From positions 1 through 59,397 of IMG/VR virus record IMGVR_UViG_3300005882_000001: a DNA stretch of 59,397 nucleotides; one strand, written 5' to 3'. The notes beneath the pieces were generated by a model, which worked only from the letters and a program-made list of their open reading frames with translations, was not told the DNA's origin and searched no databases. A program made the translations under genes and the position numbers. This stretch comes from a virus. Shown piece by piece: positions 15,324 through 23,201 of the stretch; the stretch's first letter is position 1; every line of letters starts with the position of its first letter.

Positions 15324-15839
15324 ATGAGCCGCATTATTAATGTACCAGATGAAGAATTTGCCAAAGAACTGAGCATCGCTTTTGATATGTCTCGAGAACT
15401 ACCTTATCGAGTACTCGGCGCAGAAAAAGCAGAGGACGGTATCACAAAAGCAACACAGATATTAAATAGCCAGATACGAGACCTCGCAAGCAAATTGACA
15501 GATGAAATTGAAAAACAAAACAAAGAAATTTCATCCTGGCTACGAGACAACTGGCAAGATACCCTAGCGGAAGCTAAAAGCCGAGGGGCTAAGAACCCAG
15601 AACTTGTAACAAAAAGCATTGCTGCTATGCACGCTATCGAAACATCCAAGCTGCTAACTAATGCACTTCGGACCGTAACATTAGTTTCGATGATTAGAGA
15701 AACAAAAATCCACGATACCTGCGATGCAAAAGTACAACAGTTGATGCTACAAGGCGGTATCGAAAGCATGTTCTCTGACCAAGAAAAACAACATTTTACT
15801 GAAGCATTCCTCCGTACCCTAAGCGAACTGCTTAAATAA
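15324..15839 (+). CDS. Hypothetical protein
   Basis: 171-aa ORF with its ATG 3 nt after the upstream stop. Confidence 0.7.
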   Translation: MSRIINVPDEEFAKELSIAFDMSRELPYRVLGAEKAEDGITKATQILNSQIRDLASKLTDEIEKQNKEISSWLRDNWQDTLAEAKSRGAKNPELVTKSIAAMHAIETSKLLTNALRTVTLVSMIRETKIHDTCDAKVQQLMLQGGIESMFSDQEKQHFTEAFLRTLSELLK

Positions 15840-15890
15840 GCGAATATCTTTTTTAACCACTACCAATAGTAAACACTAAGGACTATTAAT

Positions 15891-16919
15891 ATGCACGCAT
15901 CACAAGTTATCAAGACGATTGAATGGCACATGCAAATGCGCAAAAACGGGAAACCAATGCGCTTAACACCAATGATTTTATCCGCACCTGGCGTTGGTAA
16001 GTCATCTGTTGTTTATCAAGCCGCTGGCAATTGTGAAGTCAATATCATTGAATTCCGCCCGGCCAACCACGGTATCGAAGACTTAATTGGCTTGCCGAAT
16101 TTCAACACAGACGCCCAGGGCCGAACTCGTTCCAGCTTTGCAACCCCTGACTGGTTACCAGATGAAGAACGCGATGGTAAATACGGCATCTTGTTCATTG
16201 ACGAATTACCACAGGCACAGTTGTCCATGCAAAACGCATTGAGCCAATTGATTCTGGACCATCGTATCCATGATTATGTGCTACCTCCAGGTTGGCAAAT
16301 CGTATGTGCTGGTAACCGTACACAAGACCGCGCCGGTACAACCAAAACTCCATCGCAACTTAACAACCGTATCCGTTTCATTGACATGGAATTCTCGGTG
16401 AAAGAATGGATTGACTGGGCAATTGACACCAATCTGCGCCCTGAATTAATCGGTTTTGCTAAGTTCCGCCCAAGCACTATTGACCCGAAAAACTTCGACC
16501 CAGCTCGTCAGGTTAACTGTACACCACGCTCATTCGCAGACTGCACCGGTGTCATTGACGCGCCAGAAGACTTGCGTTTCTCATTACTCAAAGGTGGCAT
16601 CGGCGAAGGTGAAGCGGCAGAGTTCGAAGCATTCTTGCGAGTGTACATGAACTTACCGGCGTTTGAGGATATTCTGAAAAACCCAACAGCCATCCAAGTT
16701 GACATGTCCAAACCTGACATCGTATGTGCCCTGCAAACTATGTTAGCGCATAACGTCGACGCAAAAACAGCAGACAAAGTGGATGCTTTTATCCAACGGA
16801 TGCCAGCTGACCACCAAGCGGCATATTACCAAGACGCTTTACGTGCCAAACGCAAAGAGCTCGTTATGTCTGATGCGTTCTCACGCTTCTTAGACGACAA
16901 CGGCGAGTTGTTATCGTAA
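15891..16919 (+). CDS. AAA+ ATPase, MoxR/AAA_5-like
   Basis: Walker A is LSAPGVGKSS and Walker B is GILFIDELPQA. The sensor-like segment is VCAGNRTQDRAG. It is paired with a downstream VWA protein. Confidence 0.8.
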   Translation: MHASQVIKTIEWHMQMRKNGKPMRLTPMILSAPGVGKSSVVYQAAGNCEVNIIEFRPANHGIEDLIGLPNFNTDAQGRTRSSFATPDWLPDEERDGKYGILFIDELPQAQLSMQNALSQLILDHRIHDYVLPPGWQIVCAGNRTQDRAGTTKTPSQLNNRIRFIDMEFSVKEWIDWAIDTNLRPELIGFAKFRPSTIDPKNFDPARQVNCTPRSFADCTGVIDAPEDLRFSLLKGGIGEGEAAEFEAFLRVYMNLPAFEDILKNPTAIQVDMSKPDIVCALQTMLAHNVDAKTADKVDAFIQRMPADHQAAYYQDALRAKRKELVMSDAFSRFLDDNGELLS

Positions 16920-16995
16920 AAGTCAGACCCCCGCACGCTGGCTCTGCGGACCAAAACCAGCACAAATTTAATTCAATTTGAAGGATTCAACGACA

Positions 16996-18228
16996 ATGAA
17001 TAACTCCCCGTTAAGTCAGACACCTGAGCACATGATGAAAATGATGAAAGCGCGTATTCCCCTGCGTATTAATCATCCATTTTTTGGCTCTTTGCTCTAC
17101 AAAGCCAACATGCGCCCAGAACCAAAAGTCGAAAAACTTGCGACCGAAGGCCGGGATATCTTTTACAACCCAGAATACGTGGAATCAGTATCGCAAGAAC
17201 GAGTGCAGTATGACTTATGTGAAAACATCATGCACAAAGCCCTACTCCACCCGCTTCGTGTTCAAGGTCGTGACTTAGAACGCTGGAACGAAGCTTGCGT
17301 GTACTCCATTTCGGCCTTTCTGAAACAATGCGGATTACAATTACCCGAAGACGTGCTTTATGACAGTAAGTATGATGACGTTACTTCATGGGCAGCCGAA
17401 GATATTTACCTCGATTTAATCCGCCGCAAACCACCAAGCAACAATAACCCGAATCACCAACCTGGTTCTGGTTTCTCCAGTGGTAGCCCAGACCATTTAT
17501 TGGATAACAACCACGACCCATCCGATGGTGGTGACAAAAACGAACAGCCAAAAGACCAATCAGGCATGACGCAGATGGAACAGGAAATGAAACAAGACCT
17601 GGCCGCTGCTCGTCAAATGCAAAAAGCCGCCACCGGTAAAGTGCCTGACGTTATTGAAAATCTCGTGCAAAACATCCTTCAGCCTAAAGAAGATTGGCGC
17701 GTACGTTTACGGGAATTCATGATGAATGGCGGCTTTGATGATGTCACTTGGCGTCGCCCCAAACGTCGTATGTTCGCCCACGGGGTTTACTTACCTATCG
17801 TGGAATCCGAAACTATGGGCAACTGGGCTTGCTTGTTTGATACATCTGGCTCAATTTACGCTTGCGAAGAAACTTTGAAAACGTTCATGGGCGAGATTAA
17901 CGCCATTGTCGAGGACCTTAACCCGAAGAAAACAACGGTTATCCAGTGCAATTGTCGAGTAACCAAAATCGAAGAGTTCGAACAGGGCTCAGAAGTTAAG
18001 TTCAAGCTCAAAGGCGGTGGCGGTACAGCATTTAGCCCAGCAATTGACGCCGCACTTGAACTCGATGAAGACCCAGAAGTCATTATCTACTTCACTGATT
18101 TATACGCTAACGACTTCGGTTCTGATCCAGGCGTCCCAGTGCTTTGGGCAGTTTACGATAATCCTGGCCCAATCCGTGAATTACAAGAACAAGTACCATT
18201 TGGACAAGTGATTAAAATCGAGGATTAA
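16996..18228 (+). CDS. VWA-domain protein (partner of the MoxR-like ATPase)
   Basis: The MIDAS motif is LFDTSGSI, and the C-terminal half also carries GGGGTAF and YFTDLYAND. The ATG at 16996 is preceded by GAAGGA; the track start at 16978 is TTG. Confidence 0.75.
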   Translation: MNNSPLSQTPEHMMKMMKARIPLRINHPFFGSLLYKANMRPEPKVEKLATEGRDIFYNPEYVESVSQERVQYDLCENIMHKALLHPLRVQGRDLERWNEACVYSISAFLKQCGLQLPEDVLYDSKYDDVTSWAAEDIYLDLIRRKPPSNNNPNHQPGSGFSSGSPDHLLDNNHDPSDGGDKNEQPKDQSGMTQMEQEMKQDLAAARQMQKAATGKVPDVIENLVQNILQPKEDWRVRLREFMMNGGFDDVTWRRPKRRMFAHGVYLPIVESETMGNWACLFDTSGSIYACEETLKTFMGEINAIVEDLNPKKTTVIQCNCRVTKIEEFEQGSEVKFKLKGGGGTAFSPAIDAALELDEDPEVIIYFTDLYANDFGSDPGVPVLWAVYDNPGPIRELQEQVPFGQVIKIED

Positions 18229-18230
18229 TA

Positions 18231-18728
18231 ATGCGCACCCAAGATACATTGGAATACGCCATTATCCGTGATTTTTATAATAACCGCCGAGCCAAACGCT
18301 CGGGGGTTAGACTCATAAATCACATTAACGAAGGCATTTACATTCTTGATAAACTTAATGCCAACTTATTAACCAAACGGGCTTATTGCTTACACCCCAT
18401 TGTGCAAAACAACGAACCATGTGACGTAAGTAAAAGCTCAGCCTATGCCTTGGCTTGCGAATATAGAGATAAGGCCAACGCATATTTATGTCGACCTGTA
18501 ACTGACCACGTCAAAGACATTCGTGATGTGCATGTCCTCGTCGGCGATATGTCACTAGAATGTGCACAGATGCTATTCGCTGATAAATTACAAAACTTTA
18601 ACGACTTCATGATTTACCACTACGGAAATCATGACCGCTCGTTCCAGTTATATAACTACTTTCATTTATGGTTGAAGTACCTAACAACCTACTACATTAA
18701 AGGACCATTCAATGGAAGCTATTTCTAG
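18231..18728 (+). CDS. Hypothetical protein
   Basis: 165-aa ORF immediately after the VWA gene. There is a weak, degenerate HD-domain-like pattern (RSGVRLINHINEGIYIL...AYCLHP), which I do not consider sufficient for a functional call. Confidence 0.65.
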   Translation: MRTQDTLEYAIIRDFYNNRRAKRSGVRLINHINEGIYILDKLNANLLTKRAYCLHPIVQNNEPCDVSKSSAYALACEYRDKANAYLCRPVTDHVKDIRDVHVLVGDMSLECAQMLFADKLQNFNDFMIYHYGNHDRSFQLYNYFHLWLKYLTTYYIKGPFNGSYF

Positions 18729-18984
18729 ACTACGCAAAGTATCGGTAACTCATGTCATCGCCTTGACCCGGTTACCATACAAACTACCATTTAAAACCGC
18801 TGATGTTGAACAAAAGCTCATTGAATTCGAAGATGTACCAAAACTTATCCAGCACTTAACCAGAGCAGGGTATGTAGAGTGTATTAGCCGTAGTCATGCC
18901 AAACAACACGGCAACACTTACGTACTAACACCACGCGGCGCAGAAATAATTAATTTGTTCGAAACATTAATGGAGGACAACTAA
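18712..18984 (+). CDS. Small winged-helix-like DNA-binding protein (putative)
   Basis: LIQHLTRAGYVECISRSHAKQHGNTYVLTPRGAEII resembles a MarR/PadR-style recognition helix plus wing. Confidence 0.5.
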   Translation: MEAISRLRKVSVTHVIALTRLPYKLPFKTADVEQKLIEFEDVPKLIQHLTRAGYVECISRSHAKQHGNTYVLTPRGAEIINLFETLMEDN

Positions 18985-18985
18985 C

Positions 18986-19903
18986 ATGCAACTAGGTATG
19001 CAACGACGCCAGTGGCTTTTGCAAAAACTAGCAGAGACCCTGGGCCCCGATATTTTTGAAGATTTCAACACACAAGCGCAAGAACTGTTTGATGAAATCA
19101 TCGAAAAACGTATCGAATTAAAACGTGAACTTAACACGAAAGTGCCATTTTTTTCGCAGTATAGCGATAACACTTTCTATACCTATGGCAGCCACTTCAT
19201 CAAAAAAGAGAACCAGACAAACGAGTCTAGATTCACCCCAGAACCACTTTCTGATTGTAAAATTCTCTCTTCGCTAAATGCTACAAAAACAAGCGATGCG
19301 CCCAGATTAACAATCCCAGTTTTGTATCCGCAGATTCTCAGTCGTTATGGAACTCGGTTCGAAAAACCAATTGATTTAACCGAAGACTATGAAGACTTAG
19401 ACTTAATCGCGATGAGCAAAATGGTAAGCAACCACATTACTGGCCATGCGACTTCTCGTTTTATCATTCACCCGTTTAAACAAGACATATACGAGATAAG
19501 AAAACAGGCGGGCCTTCCGCATCAATTCACAACCGGTTTAGTTTATGACCCAACAGGTGAAATAAAACAAGGGATCGAAGATCTCAAAATAACACGGGAA
19601 CAAAACCAGCGCGAATATTACAAAATGCTCATTCAAGTTCATAATTTCCTGGTAACGGCTACAACCTTAGACCAGGTCATTGAATCTTGGCCATCACTAA
19701 AATTGGTTATTCCGCAAGAATGGTTCCAAGAAGCACAAGACCGTAAGCAGAAAGCGGAAGAAAAACGCAAGCAGAAGCTTATTAATGAGCAATTAGCAGA
19801 AGCACGCAAAGAAGTCGCAGGTGAGCGGCAAGAACTAGGCGCTGGACTAGACAAGGAAATTGGTCGACAATTATATGCCAAACGACTAGTTGGAGAAATC
19901 TAA
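18986..19903 (+). CDS. Hypothetical protein
   Basis: 305-aa ORF with a K/E-rich C-terminal coiled coil. Confidence 0.7.
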   Translation: MQLGMQRRQWLLQKLAETLGPDIFEDFNTQAQELFDEIIEKRIELKRELNTKVPFFSQYSDNTFYTYGSHFIKKENQTNESRFTPEPLSDCKILSSLNATKTSDAPRLTIPVLYPQILSRYGTRFEKPIDLTEDYEDLDLIAMSKMVSNHITGHATSRFIIHPFKQDIYEIRKQAGLPHQFTTGLVYDPTGEIKQGIEDLKITREQNQREYYKMLIQVHNFLVTATTLDQVIESWPSLKLVIPQEWFQEAQDRKQKAEEKRKQKLINEQLAEARKEVAGERQELGAGLDKEIGRQLYAKRLVGEI

Positions 19904-20142
19904 TGCGAGTACTCTATGGCATCACAGTAGAAGACGAACGCCGGCTCGCCGACGAAGTTAAAACCTTTCGCGAATCGCGAGACGTATCGCAACACGAAAT
20001 GGCTATTTTACTTGATGTCTCCCGAGCAACTTACAATCGTAAAGAGCGCGGGGAAACCCCATTCCACTTCCTTGAACTTTATGTAATGGCCCGAACTTTT
20101 GGTGTTAGACTGTCAACTATCGCACCATCATTCGTATCATAA
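19903..20142 (+). CDS. XRE-family helix-turn-helix regulator
   Basis: FRESRDVSQHEMAILLDVSRATYNRKERGETPF matches the HTH_3 pattern. TAATG overlap. Confidence 0.75.
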   Translation: MRVLYGITVEDERRLADEVKTFRESRDVSQHEMAILLDVSRATYNRKERGETPFHFLELYVMARTFGVRLSTIAPSFVS

Positions 20143-20150
20143 GGCTAACT

Positions 20151-23021
20151 ATGCAAACCCTTGATGTAACCATAGATTTAGAAACGTATTTCGACGCTCA
20201 GTATTCATTGACCAAAAAAACCATCACAACGATGGATTATGTGCGTGACCCACGGTTTGAATTACAGGGCATGTCGATAAAAATTGGTGGGAGCCGGACG
20301 CGGTATTATGACACTACGGAAGCGATACAAAAACAAATCGCTAATCTAAAAAAGTTACAAAAAACTCATAAAATTAATTTGATTGGGCAAAATACCAAGT
20401 TCGATGCGCTGGTATTAAATGAGCGTTTGGGTTTTACTCCGGATTATTATTCCGACACCCAAGCCATGTCCAAAGGCTTATGGCCGCATTATCCATCTAA
20501 TCTTGAGGCCATTGCCAAACGTCTATGGCCAAATGACAAAGAAAAACACAAGCTAGACGGCCTAACAGCAGTAAAAGGCGTACGCCGTGAAGACTTCACC
20601 AGAGCCATGCGCCACAAACTAGGCGTATACTGCGTACGTGATAGCGATATTACCTATCAAGCTTTCAAAATCATGAAGCAGTGGATGCCGCAGTCTGAGC
20701 TTGATGTTATCAACATGACCGTGCGCATGTTTGTCGAACCACAATTTGTGCTAGACACCCGATTGATGCAACAGGTTATTGAGCAAGCAAAAACTGAAGA
20801 ATCAGTTGCCGTTAAAATGATGCAAGAAGCCCACCCGGATTACCCGGTCACTCGGCAGACATTCACTAGCAACCAACAATTCGTTAATTTTTTAAAATAT
20901 CTTGGTATAAACGACTCCGAAATACCAACCAAAATATCCCCCCGCACTGGTAAAGTGACGCCCGCGCTTGGCAAAAACGATGTGCCGTTCATTAAATTTA
21001 AAAATGACAATATCCATCTTGCCAAAATATTCCAGACCCGTGAATTTCTCAAAAGCTCTATCTCACGCACCCGCGCGCAGAAACTCATTCAAGCGGTTGA
21101 GCATCACCCAGAGAAAAAACTTTGTGTGCCCTTGGCCTATTACCAAGCACACACCGGGCGCTATGGAGGCAACGAAGGGCTGAACTTACAAAACTTGCAA
21201 CGCAAAAGCCACCATCGACTTGCGCTTACAGCACCGGAAGGCTCATTCGTTTATGTAATCGACTCGTCTAATATCGAAGCCCGTATGCTCGCCTGGTTTG
21301 CTAATGAACATGGGCTCCTTGACCAGTTTCGTAACAAAGAAGATGTATACTCAACCCTCGCCAGTAAGATTTACGATATTGAAGTCACTAAACAAACACA
21401 CCCAGGCGAACGCGGCGTAGGCAAAGTCGCCTGTATTGCCGAAGGCCAACGAGTGTTGACCGACAAAGGGCTGGTACCTATTGAAAAAGTTACTACTGGA
21501 CATAAGGTATGGGATGGGCTAGGCTTCGTGAGCCACCACGGCGTAGTAGACCAAGGCGTAAAAGAGGTTATTACCTATGACGGACTCACAGCAACACCCG
21601 ACCATATTGTATTCACCACCGAAGGACGCCAGATTCCGTTCGGGGAAATCGCATCCTCGATGGGCTGGCTCGCAGTTACCGGATATGGTAGGCACCCAAT
21701 TCGGTTTAGTGAAGATCATATCTGCGCAAGTCAAACGCAAAAACGGCAGCCGAAAACTGAAATGCCAATGCACATCCTGTGGGGTTGTAAAATGGATAAA
21801 CATAAACAACCTAACAAGTGGGAAGACCAATGGCTGCCAAAGTTGTTCACAAACACTATCCAAACATTCGACAATCCTTGGTCGCCGGTACGATGCTATA
21901 GTAGCCAGAGTGAGCAGGGAAACCAGCCCATCGTACCCCAACTACGGGGGGCGTGGGATAGAGAATCGGTTCAAGAGCAGAAAAGATTTCATACTCTATG
22001 TGGAAAAACATTTACCGCATCAAAACTACAAAGGAATGGAAATCGACCGGATAAACAACAACGGCCATTACGAACCGGGGAACTTACGACTTGTTGCGCG
22101 TCGGGTGAATACAAACAACCGCAGGTGTACCCAAACGATGCTTTTTCAAGGCAAAATGGTACCGATTACCGAGCTACCTACTCCATATTCATACAACCCG
22201 CTGTGGCGAATGGCGGAAGACGGCTTGACTTGGGAACAAATGATAAACCGGGCAATATTAGCAGTAGTCCAAAAGCGCAAAAACTGGCAAAAAATCAAAC
22301 AACGGCTAGAGTCTATGACATCCTTAATGCAGGTCCACGGCATCGTTTTACCGTGGAAGGGAAGTTAGTACATAACTGCCTTGGGCTTGGCTACCAGATG
22401 GGCGCACCGAAATTTTTCGATACATTACGTTCGGGACCAATGGGTATGGACCCCATCGACTGTGACTTCAACTTCGCTGAGCGGGTTGTCAAAACATTCC
22501 GTAACACTTACCCCAACATTGTACGTTCTTGGAAAACCGGCCAACATGTCATCACTAAAATGACCCGCGGTGGTATGGAAGAGCCTTGGGGCCCACTCAT
22601 GATTTATGAACGCGCATTGATGTTACCAAACGGGATGTGCCTGCATTATCCAGAGCTGTCAGTCACAGAAATCGAAACCGTCACTGGGGTTAATTACGAA
22701 TATAATTATAAGACCTACGATTTTAAGTCCAAAAAGTTCGTAGACAGAAAAATCTATGGGGGTAAACTCATAGAGAACATCGTCCAAGCATTAGCCCGAA
22801 TTGTAATTATTGACCAAATGCTCAGGATTGATGCTATGCTAAAAGAATACGGCGGTCGTGTTGTCCTCCAAGTGCATGACGAAATCATCGCAATTGCTCC
22901 AAAAGAGAAAGCCGATGAAATCTTTGCTAAGATGACCGCTATAATGTCAACTCCACCAGCATGGTGCCACGACCTCCCGCTTGATTCAGAAGGCGGCTTC
23001 GACACCTGCTATAGTAAATAG
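20151..23021 (+). CDS. Family-A DNA polymerase with 3'-5' exonuclease domain, interrupted by an intein (precursor 956 aa)
   Basis: Exonuclease motifs are TIDLETYF, GQNTKFDALVL and YCVRDSDITY. Polymerase motif A is VIDSSNIEARMLAW. Motif B, RGVGKVA / CLGLGYQMG, is split by the intein. Motif C is LQVHDEIIA. Confidence 0.9.
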   Translation: MQTLDVTIDLETYFDAQYSLTKKTITTMDYVRDPRFELQGMSIKIGGSRTRYYDTTEAIQKQIANLKKLQKTHKINLIGQNTKFDALVLNERLGFTPDYYSDTQAMSKGLWPHYPSNLEAIAKRLWPNDKEKHKLDGLTAVKGVRREDFTRAMRHKLGVYCVRDSDITYQAFKIMKQWMPQSELDVINMTVRMFVEPQFVLDTRLMQQVIEQAKTEESVAVKMMQEAHPDYPVTRQTFTSNQQFVNFLKYLGINDSEIPTKISPRTGKVTPALGKNDVPFIKFKNDNIHLAKIFQTREFLKSSISRTRAQKLIQAVEHHPEKKLCVPLAYYQAHTGRYGGNEGLNLQNLQRKSHHRLALTAPEGSFVYVIDSSNIEARMLAWFANEHGLLDQFRNKEDVYSTLASKIYDIEVTKQTHPGERGVGKVACIAEGQRVLTDKGLVPIEKVTTGHKVWDGLGFVSHHGVVDQGVKEVITYDGLTATPDHIVFTTEGRQIPFGEIASSMGWLAVTGYGRHPIRFSEDHICASQTQKRQPKTEMPMHILWGCKMDKHKQPNKWEDQWLPKLFTNTIQTFDNPWSPVRCYSSQSEQGNQPIVPQLRGAWDRESVQEQKRFHTLCGKTFTASKLQRNGNRPDKQQRPLRTGELTTCCASGEYKQPQVYPNDAFSRQNGTDYRATYSIFIQPAVANGGRRLDLGTNDKPGNISSSPKAQKLAKNQTTARVYDILNAGPRHRFTVEGKLVHNCLGLGYQMGAPKFFDTLRSGPMGMDPIDCDFNFAERVVKTFRNTYPNIVRSWKTGQHVITKMTRGGMEEPWGPLMIYERALMLPNGMCLHYPELSVTEIETVTGVNYEYNYKTYDFKSKKFVDRKIYGGKLIENIVQALARIVIIDQMLRIDAMLKEYGGRVVLQVHDEIIAIAPKEKADEIFAKMTAIMSTPPAWCHDLPLDSEGGFDTCYSK
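21432..22376 (+). mobile_element. Class-1 intein (315 codons) inserted in polymerase motif B
   Basis: The N-terminal splice residue is the Cys of CIAEGQRVLTDKG. Block B is GLTATPDH. The C-terminal blocks are VYDILNAGPRHRFTVEGKLVHN, followed by the +1 Cys (TGC at 22377). Removing the intein restores RGVGKVA-CLGLGYQMG. Confidence 0.85.
21685..22368 (+). CDS. HNH homing endonuclease encoded in the +1 frame, nested inside the intein
   Basis: The product starts MVGTQFGLVKII and carries CQCTSCG...GCQSCS, YGGRGIENRF and EIDRINNNGHYEPGNLRLVARRVNTNN. The stop TAG at 22366-22368 lies 8 nt before the extein Cys codon. The track ORF begins at 21577, but that part overlaps genuine Hint sequence. Confidence 0.75.
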   Translation: MVGTQFGLVKIISAQVKRKNGSRKLKCQCTSCGVVKWININNLTSGKTNGCQSCSQTLSKHSTILGRRYDAIVARVSRETSPSYPNYGGRGIENRFKSRKDFILYVEKHLPHQNYKGMEIDRINNNGHYEPGNLRLVARRVNTNNRRCTQTMLFQGKMVPITELPTPYSYNPLWRMAEDGLTWEQMINRAILAVVQKRKNWQKIKQRLESMTSLMQVHGIVLPWKGS

Positions 23022-23031
23022 GATTTTTTAT

Positions 23032-23196
23032 ATGGCACTCGTCCTTGGCGTAAAACACGGTCAGGAAATCACACTGACCACCCCTGACGGTACAAAAACA
23101 ACCATCATTTTCAAACGTGTTGGTAATAAACAAAAAACTAACCGCCTTGTTATTGAAGCCCCAAAGTCTGTTGCTATCAATCGAACTAAGCGCTAA
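23032..23196 (+). CDS. CsrA-like small RNA-binding protein (54 aa)
   Basis: MALVLGVKHGQEITLTTPDGTKTTIIFKRVGNKQKTNRLVIEAPKSVAINRTKR follows the CsrA pattern (L.L.Rk.GE.i.i...v.v.....g..vrigi.AP..v.i.R.E). The track ORF start at 22981 lies inside the polymerase gene. Confidence 0.6.
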   Translation: MALVLGVKHGQEITLTTPDGTKTTIIFKRVGNKQKTNRLVIEAPKSVAINRTKR

Positions 23197-23201
23197 TAAC
23201 T

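Noticed and set aside
18231-18728. HD-domain ((p)ppGpp hydrolase-like) assignment from RSGVRLINHINEGIYIL...AYCLHP
   Set aside because: The resemblance is only loose. The catalytic His and the HD dyad are not present (HP instead of HD). I kept it as hypothetical.
19903-20142. The XRE-family HTH gene as evidence of lysogeny (a CI/Cro-like switch)
   Set aside because: No integrase, excision module or divergent repressor pair was found. The overall architecture is that of a lytic phage. The Xis-like ORF at 31476 is not adjacent to any recombinase.
21577-21684. The 5' extension of the HNH ORF to the first ATG at 21577
   Set aside because: This stretch overlaps genuine Hint-domain codons of the polymerase frame, and its own translation (MTDSQQHPTILYSPPKDARFRSGK...) is not endonuclease-like. 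The ATG at 21685 begins the conserved MVGTQFGLVKI... N-terminus.
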